Below are positions 49,473 through 62,850 of a stretch of 64,000 bases of DNA, one piece after another; the first letter of the stretch is position 1, and each line of letters starts with the position of its first letter. Origin of the DNA: Lama glama. Taxonomy: Eukaryota. Position numbers and translations under genes: made by a program. The stretch covers positions 37,016,001 through 37,080,000 of the forward strand of contig CM052817.1 in assembly GCA_028534125.1 (NCBI GenBank), given 5' to 3'. A model generated the notes under the pieces. The model searched no databases. It worked only from the letters and a program-made list of their open reading frames with translations, and was not told the DNA's origin.

Positions 49473-51942
49473 GTTTGAACATTACATGTACTGAATTTCT
49501 TAGATAAGATCAGGTTCAAATTCTAGTCTCACTTATGAGGCAGGAAAAAGCTTCACAGACCTAGACCTACTAGTTTAACATATAACCGATTTAACATCTT
49601 TATAATTCCATTCTTATACTTTCCCCAGAGCACATACTTTGATGATTTCATTATAGAATGTTTTCTTACTGGTCATGGGATTTATAGATGATAGTTTTCT
49701 AAAACTTTCCACTACTGTGGCTGAATTATACTTAGTAATGATTAACTTTTGTACCTATTTGACCCTCTTTTCTTTGAGTCAATCAATGCAGTCTTATCAC
49801 CTTTAAAACACAGGCACTGAATTAAGTTTACTATTCTAGCTACATGTAAATGTATTATATTTTTAAAGAATTTAGGTAATTTTGGTTATCTTTCAAGATA
49901 TTGCTAAAATGTTATTCATTGCCCCATTACTATGAAATACATTTTAATGTCATTCTTCAATAATTTACACTATACAAAAATTACAATGAAAAAGCTGAAG
50001 ACTAAAAGAAAGACATGATCCCTCAGCTTTAGGTGTGATTAGAAAATAAGGAGATGAGTTTTAAACAAACCTACCGGAAAGTATATGCTTCTTTTAAACA
50101 GTTTCCCCAGGAGGAGACACACTGTATACATTAGAGTTATTTTGTTATTTGAGCATACCACAAATAAGGAAACTTCTGAGACCCACTGTGGCTTGGATAC
50201 GTGATTCTCGATTGAGGGTTAAAATGGACCAGAGGGCAAAACAGAGGCCTTGCTAAGGAGGGATGGCCAGGATCTTTACAACAATGTGTAATTTGGAGGG
50301 GGGGCATATTAAACATTAATATTAATAATATTAATTATTAATTATCAAAGATATTTAAACATTAATAAATTAGAATTTTTCATTCAGTTATTTCAAAATA
50401 ACATTAAAGGAAAGCATAAAGTTAACAAATTATTTTTTAAGTCAAAATGACCCCAAGCTAAAAAAAAAGCTTAGAAACAAATATCCAGTCATTCGTCCTA
50501 GGCATAATGGCCAGTAAGTGCAGGGTCAGAAAACACAGATCAGTCTGCCTTTAAACACTGTATGTATTTCACTCAAACATGCCAGGCACATGTCACCTCA
50601 GAGCCTTTGCACTTACAGATATGTATTAGCTTGCAGTGTAAAATGTATTTCTTTCTGTGGATCCTGATATGAAGTATTTTAAAGACACTACACTACATCA
50701 AGCTGCTTCCATTTCTCCACTTTCTCTTACCTGAGGCCTCTTAAATTCAGGAACAGAAGTAAGTTTATTATATTTCTATATAATGAAATTAACCTTTTGA
50801 TAAACTAGTAGTAGTTTTTTAAGCCTGATGACTTTGTCTTTCCATTTTCTTTTCTAGTTTATATATTATTGTGGCTTTTTTGGCATATCATGCATTTTAG
50901 AGTTTATATAAAAATATGAAAGAAAAATAAGTTGTCAGTGATATTTTCTTTGCAGCCTTTAAGAAGAAGATAAAGAGTTTGTTTAGATATACCGAGCATG
51001 TGATTGTGAGAGAACTTAAGGTATAAATGTATAACAGGAAATTGGATAAAAGGTATAAAGGTTAGCAGATAGAGCAAGGCCAGAGCAGTACATCTGTGAG
51101 TCACTCTGCTGTAGACTAAATGTTTGTGTGCTCCCCAAATTCTTAGTTGAAACCCAATTCCCAGTGTGATGGTATTTGGAGGTGGGGCCTTTGGGAGCTG
51201 ATTAGATCTTGAGACCAGAGCCCTCATGAATGGGATTAGTGCCCTTATAAAAGAGACCCCAGAGAGATCCTTCTGCTCTGTAAGGACACAGCAAAAATAT
51301 GACTGTCTATGAACCAGGAAGTGGACTTTCACCAGATACTGCATCTGTTGGCTCCTTAATCTTGGACTCCCCAGCTTCCAAAACTGTGAGAAATAAATGT
51401 CTATAACAATAGACACCTAGTCTATGGTATTTTTGTTATAGCAGCCTTAATGAACTAAGACAGAGAATTGGTTCTGGGAGTGAGATACTGCTATAACACA
51501 TACCCAAAAATGTGGGAAATGGCTTTGGAGCTGAGTAGAAGCTGAAAGGATTTTGAGGTGCATGCTATAAAAAGCCTACATTACCATGAATGAATCATTA
51601 AATGTAATTCTGGTAAGGGTCCAGAAAGTAAAGAGGAACACTATAGAGAAAGCTTCAATATTCTTAAGAATACCCAAGTAATCCTGACCAGATGTTGGTA
51701 GAAGTATGGATGCTAAAGGCCATTCTGATGAGAGCTCATATGGAAATAAAGAACATATTCTTGGAAACAGAAGGAAAGACAGTTCTTGCTATAAAGTAGC
51801 AAAGAGCTTGGCTGAATTGTGTTCATGTTCTAATGTTTTGTGGAAGGTAGAATTTGTAAGCAATGAAACTGGATATTTAGCTGAAGCTATTTCTAAGCAA
51901 AGTGTTGAAGGAACAACCTGGTTCTCCCTGACCGCTTTAGTA

Positions 51943-53008
51943 CAACTAGAAAAGTTTTCACATAATGAGATATCGGGAAGTCATTCTGGCTTATACGTAA
52001 GTTAACCTGAATTTTATGCTAACTAAAATAGCCTGTTTATGGCCTATCAAATATACACTGTACATCTGCTTTAATTATTAAAGAAAAGAACATATTGACC
52101 AGAAATAAAGAATATCCATGTTAAAAATAAAGATTAATGCCTCCCTTCCTGGGATGCCAATGTTGCCAAAAGCCAGCTAGTGTGCCTGTTGCACAAGTGA
52201 GGCCAAATGAACCAAAACGTCAGTTTGGAGCAGAGAAGGATTTATTGCAGGGCCAAGCAAGATGGCTCATGCTCAAAAAATCCAACTCCCCAATGGTTTT
52301 GGGGGGAAAGTTTTTATAGGCAAAGTCTGGGGTGAGGGCTGCAGGGTGTGTGACTTTCTTCTGATTCGTTGGTGGTAAGGTAACAGGTTGATGTTCCAGG
52401 AATCTTGTGCTCAGCCTGAAGTTTCCATCCTCCACCTGGGTGGGGGCCTTAGTTCCAGTAGAAGAACTCAGAGATAGGCATCGGATTGTTATGTAAATCC
52501 CTTGAGGAGGAACCAGGACCCTGCCCCATTGCTGCACTATTGTTTCTTGACTGCTCCTCATTTGTTTCTGCATTTCCTTACTTTCCTAATTAGAAACTGT
52601 TTGAATGGAACTCTGGGGAGGTCTAAGAGGCTGAAGCCTTTTTCCTCCAAATTAGAAATGGGCAACACAGACTTTTGTACCCAGGAGGGCCCCACAGGGT
52701 CCTGCTCGGTTTCACCAATGCTGGTACTTCTTCAATAATAATACTTCCTTCCCAGGTGCCAAGGCCATACTGACTCACTGTATACATGCTGATCTGTTTT
52801 TTTGAAACCTTGGAAGAATATATTCACAACTCGTTTGATTTTCTTTGTTCTGAAAAAATATAAAACTGTGCTGTAAACCATGCTTCTTTGAAGCAGTTCC
52901 TCATAGTTGTCTGAAAGGCTGTCCTCAAGGCTACAGTTCTCAATTTGGCTCAGTTTTCTATTATAGCTTATTACATTACAACTTATTTATTGATTATTTT
53001 CATCAACA
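51943..53008 (+). mobile_element. ERV1-class LTR nested in the MaLR internal region
   Basis: 4-bp TSD AGTA (51939-51942, 53009-53012); removing it rejoins the MLT-int sequence. Confidence 0.75.
52161..52714 (-). mobile_element. ERV1-class LTR nested inside the preceding LTR
   Basis: TG...CA termini, 4-bp TSD CCAA (52157-52160, 52715-52718), minus-strand AATAAA at 52241-52246. Confidence 0.85.
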
Positions 53009-53723
53009 AGTAAAATGGAAAAAGAGAGAAATGATTTACAGGTGGAATTGCTTATCAAAAAGGAAGCAAAACATTAAGATTTGGAAAATTCTCAGCCTAT
53101 CTATGTTTTAAAAAATGAGAAAGCAAGGTTAGGAAAGAACCCTAAGTGTATGCCTGAGAGATTGTTTGCTAAGAAAATCAGTTTGGATCAGCCATCTCAC
53201 TAGCAGCTATTCTCCAAGACAACAGAAGAATGACCTTGAGGGCAACTCAGAGATAATTAGGGCTGCCCCAACCCTCAGAGGCCCAGAGCACAAAGGCTCT
53301 GGAGGCAGAGAAGTTCCAGAAGAGGGGCCTCCTGCACCTACAGACACTGAGAGTGCCTTGCCCAGCACTGCCTTGCACTTCAGGTTCCATTCCCTGTACT
53401 TTGATTCCACGTACCTTGGCCACTCCAGATATGGCTCCAGTTGACCTCCCTGCTGTGCAGGACAGGGTGGCTGCCCCTCCAAAGGGCACAAGTATCTTTG
53501 GCAGCATCAGGGCAGCACTGTCTCTATCTGCACACAGAATGTAAAGGCCCCAGACAATGACCGCCTACACCTAGATTTCAAAGGACAGGGCCACCACAGG
53601 TAATCCCCATTAGGGCAATGTCAGTGGAGCCCAGGTAGGGTGCTCCGTTGACTCCAGGCCTGCAGAGCCACCTGCCCCTGAGCTCAGCTTGGAATGAGGT
53701 ACAGGCAAGACTGCAGCCCCAGT

Positions 53724-54215
53724 TGTCATGGGATTCAGCAGGCCAATGCATGGGTAGTAAAAGAACCTACCAAACACAAAGGATGAAAATAGAAAAGGAG
53801 TATATTAGGTATACTGTCATAGACAAGTGGGCCACACAGACAAGAGGTGCCTGTGGGTGCTTCAAGTGTCAGTTGCTGAGGTCTTTATAAGGGAGGGTTA
53901 CATGAGGTACCAAGGGGTCACAGGATGTGTGATCAGTTCGTACACAAGTGTCTAATGGGTTGATAAGGAAGGGAGGGGGCTGTGAAAGGGTAAGACTGCA
54001 TGACTCTGGTATGGGGCTGTGACCGGTTCTGGTGGTCAGGCTTCTGGGCATTGTATAGGTGATCATTATCTGGATAGTTAGTTCAGCTATGGCAGGAATG
54101 TACTAGCAAATGAATGTTTATTGTTACTTTTAAAGGGCAGCAACCAGACACCTGAGGGACCTTGGAGTTGAGGGGGCTTGCAGTAGGAACCTGCCAGCTG
54201 CCTGTGGACCCCACA
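53724..54215 (-). mobile_element. Solo LTR (5-bp TSD, ERVL-class by inference) nested in the MaLR interior
   Basis: TG...CA termini, TSD CCAGT at 53719-53723 and 54216-54220; strand tentative. Confidence 0.75.
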
Positions 54216-56604
54216 CCAGTGGGCTTGGAAGACAGACCATCCAGCCAAAGACTATTCTTGAACCTTAGGGCTTAATGTTTTAATGTTTGATTCATTAGGT
54301 TTTGGACTTACCTGGGACCTGTTCTTTCTTCTTTTCTATTTCTCCCTTTTGGAATGGGAATGTCTATCCTATGCTTGTCCCACCATTGTACTCTAGAAGT
54401 TCATAGCATGTTAGCTTCACAGGCTCACAGCTGGAGAGCAATTTTCCTCAGGCTGAATCATACCTTGAGTCTCACCCATATCTGATTTAGATGATATATA
54501 AATGAGTCTTTGGATTTTAGACTTTAGAGTTCATGCTGAAATGAGTTAAGACTTTTAGGGCTTTTGGGATGTGATGAAGGTGTTGTGCATGTGAGAAGGA
54601 CATGAATTTTCAAGGGCCAGAAGTGGAATGCTATAGGCTGAATATGTCTTCTGAAAATTCACATGTTGAAATCCTAACCCTCAAGGTGATGGTATTTAGA
54701 GAGGAGGTGATTAAGTCCTGAGAGGGGAGCCCTCATGAATGGCATCCTTATAAAAGAGGTCCTAGAGTGCTCCCTTACCCCTTCTGCCATGTGAGGATAC
54801 AAAAGAACAAGGCCATTTATGATCCAGCAAGCAAGACCTCTTCCAACACAGAGTCTGCTGATGTCTTGATCTTAGACTTACCAGCCTCCAGAACTGTGAA
54901 AAATAAATTTCTATTGTTTATAAGCTACCCAGTCTATGGTATTCTAGTATAGCAACCTAAAAGGGCTAGCACACTCATAGAAAGGTAGACAATGAAGTTA
55001 TGGGCTTAGGTAAAATGTCTAGAGAAGACAGTGCTTGACACATTCTTCAGACTTCATATTCAATATCACATCCTCTGGGCACCCTAAATAAAGGAGATAT
55101 CCCTCCCATATTTCTATTATTCTCTGTCAAAGCACCCCTTTGATGCTTTCATAGAATTTTTATAAATTTATAATTACATATTCATATGGTTTATTACTTC
55201 ATTTTCTACCTTCCTCACTAGGGTGTAGAGATTCACAAGGACAGATAGTAAATGGCTTTATTCAAAATTATAACAATAATAATGATAGAAGACTCATAAG
55301 TGTTCTGTGTATATTAATAGATCTCTCCTCACAGCAATTCTAAAAGTTAAATTTTATTCTTATCAGTACTTTATAGTTGAAGGAAATAAGGTACAGAGGG
55401 GTTGAGAAACTTGCCCAAGGTCACAAAACTAGAAACAATGGAGCCAAGATTCAAATTTTGGAAATTTGGCTCCGAAATCAGTGCTCTTAACTTCTGTTAT
55501 CATGTCACACTGCCCCTTTAAACTGGGAACTATCGTAATCATTGCCAGAAGGGAGGTGTGTAATAATGTGCTACAGGAATGGATGAAGGATTCAACCATG
55601 TTATCCTACTATTTAAAATGTATCAATAGTCCTGATCTCTACTTGGGTAATATCATATTCTAGTCTATAACATAGAAAGTACTGCAAGACTTGGCCTCAA
55701 TCTACCTCTTCAGTCTCATCTCCCATTTCTTCCCCTTAGAATCTTACACAGTTCTCAGCGTATTCCATGTCATACCATCTTGTACTTGAGTACCCTGTGC
55801 CATCAGCTGTGAATGCTGTCCCTTCTCTTCCTATATATTAGTGTTGTGAATTTTTACTTCAGTTTGCCTGTGAAGCATTCACCAACCTGCATAGGAAGCG
55901 ATGACTATTCCTTTCTTTGAGACTCCATTGACCCTAGTCTTTATCTGTCATAATAATTTTCAGTGTTAAGCATTCAACATTTTGCATATGTGTTTCACCC
56001 ATTGTATTGTTTGCTTCTTCCAAATATTAATGTTTCTACATTTGCCACTTTGCACAGCTAGTGGCACAGAATCTCAATAAATGTTTGCTGAATTGAACTA
56101 AAATGGAAGCAAAAGAGGATTCCATGAAGGAGTTAGAAATGAAGAAGGAAGTCTTTAGAAAAAGAATTACGGGCCTAACACAGAGAATATGCTCAAAATT
56201 ATCAGTCATGTTGGTTTGAAATAGCGTAGTACATTATCCAAAAGGAAAGAAATAAAACATTTGGATAAAAAAATTTTTCGCTAATAGTGTCAATAGATTC
56301 ATGGGCAGTACAATAAATAAGAATTAGCTTCCTTTTTTGTTTGTTTATTTGTTTGTTTGTTTGTTTTTGAGAAAATAAAGAACTTTATTACAAGGTCGAC
56401 CAGCAAGGAGACAGGAGGAAAAGCTCTCAAATCTGTCTCCTCAATCCAGAATTGGGGTAAAATTTAAGGAGTTGGGGAATTTCAAACCCGGAGGCTGATT
56501 GGCTAGTCTTGAATCAGTCCATATAAGTTACTCGTGATACTGGAAGCCAGATTTTCCTTTTTGAAGGGCTTCTTGCTCAGCTTCATGAAAAGGTCCAGTG
56601 GCAA

Positions 56605-58860
56605 CATCTGACAAAATCTAACACCTCTTTACAACAAAAACATCCAACAAACTAGGAATAGAAGGGAAGTTCCTCAACTTTATAAAGAGCATCTATGAAA
56701 AATGCACAGCTAACATCATACTTGTTGATAAAAGACTGAATATTTTCCCCCCTAAGATCAGAAATAAGACATCTCTGTTCTTGTTCTCATCACTCATCAC
56801 TTCTAGTCACCTCTAGTCAACATTGTATTGGAGAGGTTCTCTCCAGGGAAATTAAGCAAGAAAAAGAAAAAAAAAAAAAAAAAGGCAACCAGTTGGGAAA
56901 GGAAGAAGTATAAGTATTTTTACTTGCAAATGACATGGTCTTATATATAGAAAATCCTAATAAATCCACTAAACATCTGTAAAAATGAGTTAACAAGTTC
57001 AGCAAGGTTGGAGGATACAAGGTCAATGTACAAAAATCAATTCTATTTCAATACACTATCAATAGTGATCTGAAAATAAAATTTAGAAAATAATTCCATT
57101 TGCAATATCATCAAAAAGAATAAAATAATCAGGAATAAATTTAATAAAAGAAGTGCAAGACTTATACTCCAAAAACTAAAACATGGCCGAAAAAATTAGA
57201 TAAGATCTAAATAAATGGAAAGCTATTTCATGCATCAGAAGACTTAATATCATTAAGATGACAATACTCTCAAATTGATCTACAGATTCAACACAATCCC
57301 TATTTTAAATTCCAGTTGCCTTTTTTCTAGAAATAGAAAAGTAAATGCAAAAATTCATATGGAAATGCAAGTGACCCAGAATAACCAAAAAATTTTGAAA
57401 AAGAACAAAGTTAAAAGACTCACTCACACTTCTTGATTTCAAGACTAACTATAAACCTACAGTAATAATTACAGTGTGGTACTGACATCAGAATAGATAT
57501 ATAGAATAGATTGGTTGAATAGAATTGGGAGTCCAAATATAAACCTATACATGTATGGTCAATAAGTTTTGACAAGGTTATAATGACAATTCAATGACAA
57601 AAGTATAGTCTTTTCAACAAATGATGCTGGAACTGGATATCCACATATAAAAGAATGAATTTGGACCCCTACCTCATAACACATAAAAATTAATTCAGAA
57701 TGGATCAACAAGATAAATGTAAGAGCTATAACCATGTAACTGTTAGAAGAAAACACAAGCATAAATCTTTGTGCCTGTGTTGGAATAGGCAACTATTTTT
57801 AGATTTAACACAAAAAGCAGAAACATCAAAATAAAAAAAAAATACTTCACCAAAATTAAAAACTTCTATTCATCAAAGGACACTATCAAGCAAATGAAAA
57901 GACAACTGGGAGAAAATATTTACAAATCATATATTGGATAAAGGTCTAATATTCAGAATATATAAAAACTCTGACAGCTCAACAGCTGAAAGACAAGTAA
58001 CCCAGTTTAAAAGTGGACAATGGACTTGAATCAACATTTCTCGAAGAAAATATGCAAATAGCCAACAAGCGCATGAAAATATGCTCAACATCATTAGTTA
58101 TGAGGGAAATGCAAATCAAAACCACAATGAGTTACCACATCACACCTACTAGGATGAATTTTTCAATGGAAAAGAAGTATTGGTGAGGATGTGGAGAAAT
58201 TAGAATCCCCATATGTTGCTGTTGGGGATGTAGAAATAGAGCAGCCATTACAGAAAACAGTTTGGAAGTTCCTCAGAAAGTTAAACATAGAGTTATCTTA
58301 TGACCCACAATTCCACTCTTAGATATATACTAAAGTGAATCAAAACACACCTTTGCACAAAAAGTTGTACACAGATGTTCATAACGGCATTATTCATAAT
58401 AGCCAAAAAGTGGAAACAACCGAAATTTCTATTAACTGATGACTAGATAAACCAAAATGTGACATATCCATACAATGAGCTATTATTTGGTAATAAAAAG
58501 AAATGAGGTATTGATACATGCCACCATGCATGAACCTTGAAAACATTATGCTAAGATGCCAGTTACAAAAGACCATATATTGTATAATTCCACTCATATG
58601 AAATGTGCAGAATAGGTAAACCTATAGAGACAGAAAAGTAGTTGAATGGTTGTCTAAGGCTGGGGGAGAAGGGTGGGAGGGGTTGGGGAATGATTGCTAA
58701 GGGGTACAAGATTTCTTTGGGGGTTGATGAAAATGTTCTAAAATTGATAGTGATGGCTGTACAACTCTGAAAATGTACTAAAAATGATTGAGTTGTATAC
58801 TTTACATGGGTGAAATTTATGGTATGTGAATTATATCTCAATAAAGCTGTTAATTTTTTA
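56605..58860 (+). mobile_element. L1 ORF2 3' half and 3'UTR (degenerate)
   Basis: L1-like LFANDMVLYIENP region, gaaatgcaaatcaaaaccacaatgag, and L1 3' end tatatctcaataaagctgtt. Confidence 0.9.
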
Positions 58861-60273
58861 AAAGTCATGGGTATTAATCCCAGCCCCAAAACTTGTCAGC
58901 ATCACCTTGGCAAGTTGTTTAACCTCCCTGAAACTGTCTTCCTTTGTAAATTGTTAAGTTTTATTTTCCTTTTCATTTATTCAATATTTATACATAAGAT
59001 CCCTCTCAAAAGAGAACTATAAAGTCAAAGATATATGATAAGCTACACCTTCAACCTAAAACTCTTATTGGTAAATGATCACGTGGTTCCTGTCAAATTC
59101 TGAAGTATTTGAGTTAATTCAAATTTGACTACAGCAGTGGCTTTCAAAATTTTTTGCCTGAGACTCTTGGTCACATTTGCACAGCTTACCGTGTACCACA
59201 CCGTATTCTGAGCATTTAATAAATATTATTTAATCTTCACAATAATCACAGTAAGATAGCTGCTATTATCTGTTTTGTTTGTTTGTTTACAAATGAGAAC
59301 ATTGAAACCAAATAATTATATCACGTTCCCAAGATCATAGATAGTAAGTAAGTAGTTGAGCCAGGATTCAACTTCGGACAATCTGGCTCCAGAGTCTAGT
59401 GTCTTAACACTTTGCTCTGTTGCCTCTCAAGTATCCAGAACAGGTACACCCACCACACACACACACGCATACATACCCCTCCACCCCATCCACCTACCTA
59501 CAGAGAACTGAAGTAAAAGTTTCACCAGAATATGTACCCAGAGGAATACCCTGTGGTATTTTCTATAAATATTCTTTATATAATATTTTGAATGAGTTTA
59601 GCAATCTTAAGCAAAACAGAACTCACTATTTGAAAATGAAGATTCTTCTAACGTGGACAAACAATTCTTTCTTCTCCTAGTTGGATTTCGGAGCAGGATT
59701 GAAATGCCCTGCCCCAGTAGCTGCTTAGAGAGCCCCACCCACCCTCAGGACATAACTCAAATCCAACCTTCTAGTAAGATATGCCTAACACTGAAATCAA
59801 TCTTTCTCTCCCCTATACCCCCACGGCAAGTTTTTGTTTCAGTTTCTATTAAAATATTTGCTTTATTGTTTTCCTGAAGGTAACTTACTGGTCTGCCCTC
59901 TCTTAGATTGCAGGTTCCTAAGAGATGTCTTTTCCTCTACTTCATATCCCTCATCGGGCCTTGCACATAGAATGCGTAGTAACATTTTTTGAACTGAATT
60001 AAATAAAATTGATAGTAATCCCTTAATAGCATTATATTAGGAAAAATAAAGACACTGAAAGAGTATCTTGAGGGAATAAAAAGAAGGAAGAATTCCTTTC
60101 AAGCTTTCCACAGTAAAATAAAATAATTTTCTTTGATTCCTTTGTTTGGGGGATAGCCCATTTCCTTTTTTATAGCTAAGTTTTAATTTTTATGTTTAAA
60201 TTAGAAAGTAATGTGAAAATTAAGTTAAAGTTTAAAAACTATATAAAATTCTTTGTTTTTCAATAAAAGAATT

Positions 60274-60352
60274 ACCAATTTAATTACCTAAGATTTCTAA
60301 ATGAATAATTTAAAAAATAAACCAATTTAACTACCTAAGATTTCTAAATGAA
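60274..60352. repeat. 32-bp direct repeat, 15-bp spacer
   Basis: accaatttaa(t/c)tacctaagatttctaaatgaa at 60274-60305 and 60321-60352. Confidence 0.9.
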
Positions 60353-62153
60353 ACTTCACCCACTTTCAAGTAGGGTAGTTTGTACATTTTGATGTTGCAG
60401 TACAGTTTGTAATAAGGAACTTTGCTTTATTTACCATAGCTTGCAAAATAAGGAAATGTGGTATAAAGCATATTATTAGAGAAAATTAACTATGGAAAGA
60501 TTAATTGAGTCTTTGTTCAATTCTAAATAGAAAAAATGAGGACATTTGAATTTAGTTTCCTTAAATAATTAAAAAATGTTCCAAGAAAAACTAGGGATAT
60601 TAGCACAGAATAACTTTCTCAGCACAACTTTATGCAGCGTTTGCCACCTTCATATTTTCCTTGTAGGTGAGTGCCTAAAGCCATTCAATTATTTTTTCCC
60701 AGAGTTTACATAGCATTTACAATGCACCATTGTTCTAAACACTTTATAAATGCTAACTCTTTTTATCCACTTGACAATCCTATAACATAGCTTCTAATAC
60801 TTTATAGATTAAAAAAACTGAGGCAGATTAAAAAACTTGTCCAAATTCATACAACTAGAGAGTGACAGAGCTGGAATTCCAACCTAACTTCAGAGTTTTT
60901 GCTCTAACACTATGCTGCCTCAGACTTCATAAAGGCCAATGATAAGTAGATTTGAGATGACAGCAATTCTGGTCTAGTCTGTCCCCATCAGTCAAGTAAG
61001 CAGCATGATGCTGAGGAAGGCTAATAGTCACAAGAATGTAAATACTATTTATTGAGTTTCAGCTTTCAGAATCAACCAATAGACCAAGCACAGAAAATGT
61101 TACAGTTACAAAACGGAAAATAAATGTTATCAATCCTGACAGTGTGAAAGTAACTGTACAGATAATAGAAGCTGAGAAGTAGAAAAATGGACAGCTGAGA
61201 AAAAGAACAGGGCATAACTTAGTCTTACAAAATGGGAAGCCAAAAGTTTCAGCATACTTTGGCATTCCAATTGCTGGAATAAGACATTAAAAAAAGTGTA
61301 AGTTTTAAATATAACCAAATAAAAATAGTAAAGCTAATGACATATTTATATTGGGAATATATGTGGGAAGAAGGGAGTTAGGCAAGGAATAAGAGAGCTG
61401 CATCCTCAGCTGTTATAGGAGAAATCGATTAATAATGTCTACTATTGATAAAAATCAAGAAATGGTAGTATGAACCTTTATTAGAGGCATGGAAGTCAGC
61501 TTTGCAAGAGACAGCTAAATGGATTAACAGTAGTTGATCTGAGGAGTTAAACAGGGTAGGACTAAGAACTGTGCCTTTTTGTTATCTGCCCTGTTGAGCC
61601 ATTTTAATCCAGATGTAGTCATTACTTTGAGTTCATAGATTCAGTATTCTGAAGAGAAAAAAATTTGTAGTTGGATAAACTAATATCTAACTTTCTCCAG
61701 CTCTAAAACTCAGAATTCAGAATCAAGTGTGAAGGCTTCTATCCCAGAATAATACGAAAACTATTGGAAGTATCTCTTTAGCACAGTCTGGCCATCATTT
61801 CTGAATATGCTGCCTCAGTATTCCTCCGAATAACAGGAAATTTTTTTCACTGACCTGTGTAATTACTAAGATTGATAGCCTTTTGTTCTGAATCCACTAG
61901 GATTCTACAGAGCCAGCCTTGCAAACATAGACCTCTCACTCATGACTGGTTAAGATATAATTTATAACAGCTACCATTCATTGTGTATATTTGTATGTAA
62001 GATGTCATGCTCTGTGCTTTTTAAATATTTCATTCACTCAACCAAGTTACAATTATATCCATTTTATAAATGAGGTAATTAAGATCTCAGGAAAGGGTAA
62101 GTAATTAACCAGATATCATAGCTAATAAAAAACTTGGAATTTGAACTCATTGG

Positions 62154-62288
62154 GTTTTTTTATTTTAATTTTTTTTTTGGAGGTGAGGTAATTAGGTATT
62201 TATTTTTGATGGAGGTACTGGGGATTAAACTCAGGACCTTATGCATGCTAGACACACACTCTACTGCTGAGCTACATCCTCCCTCCCC
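62154..62288 (-). mobile_element. Camelid SINE inserted in a MIR
   Basis: Reverse tRNA-Ala-like body plus T-rich tail; flanking duplication aactca(t/c)tgg. Confidence 0.85.
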
Positions 62289-62334
62289 ACCAAACTCACT
62301 GGTTTAATAGCTGCACTCTATTGCCTATGTTGGG

Positions 62335-62850
62335 GCTAAGGGCAGACTATTCCAAAATATGCCACAAAGGCATATCGGTCACTTTGAATTAAAGTTACTT
62401 GAGAAACAGCTGGTGTAAGAAGATGCTCCTCTCTGTCCCCTTGAAAGCAGGAAATAAATCTTCCATATGAAAGTTACCCTCCCTGCATCAGGAGAATAGG
62501 AGACAGCATCATCACCAAAGTGAGAGAACTTAGGGCCGAGAAAGCCATATAAGCAAACCTTGTTCCTTCTTCATTACCCCAAGCCCAAACTCTGTTTAGA
62601 TTCTCCACTAAGTAAACTCCCAAACCTGTTTCCTTGTCATAATTCCTCATAAATTTATTTCTTTGTCTAAAAAGTATAAACGACGCCTGCTTTGGCCACT
62701 TCTTGGATTCTATTTTTATGAGACCTCTGTGTGCACGAATTAAATTTAGGGTTTTTTTCCTCCTGTTAATCCATCTTGTGTCAATTTAATTACTAGACAA
62801 ATCAAAAGAACTCAAGAAGTATGGTGGGGGGGGGGTCCTCTTCCCGGATA
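62335..62850 (+). mobile_element. ERV1-class solo LTR
   Basis: TATA-like gtataaa at ~62674; reverse-complement similarity to 44170-44695; boundaries approximate. Confidence 0.65.

Larger units (their letters stand above)
51107..54971 (+). mobile_element. Full-length MaLR (MLT1A-like) element: 5' LTR 51107-51462, internal region, 3' LTR 54629-54971
   Basis: Two similar TG...CA LTRs, MLT-int-like interior, 5-bp TSD CACTC at 51102-51106 and 54972-54976. Confidence 0.9.

Noticed and set aside
50904..54066. Cluster of 60-170-aa ORFs
   Set aside because: All fall within or straddle the MaLR and nested-LTR complex.
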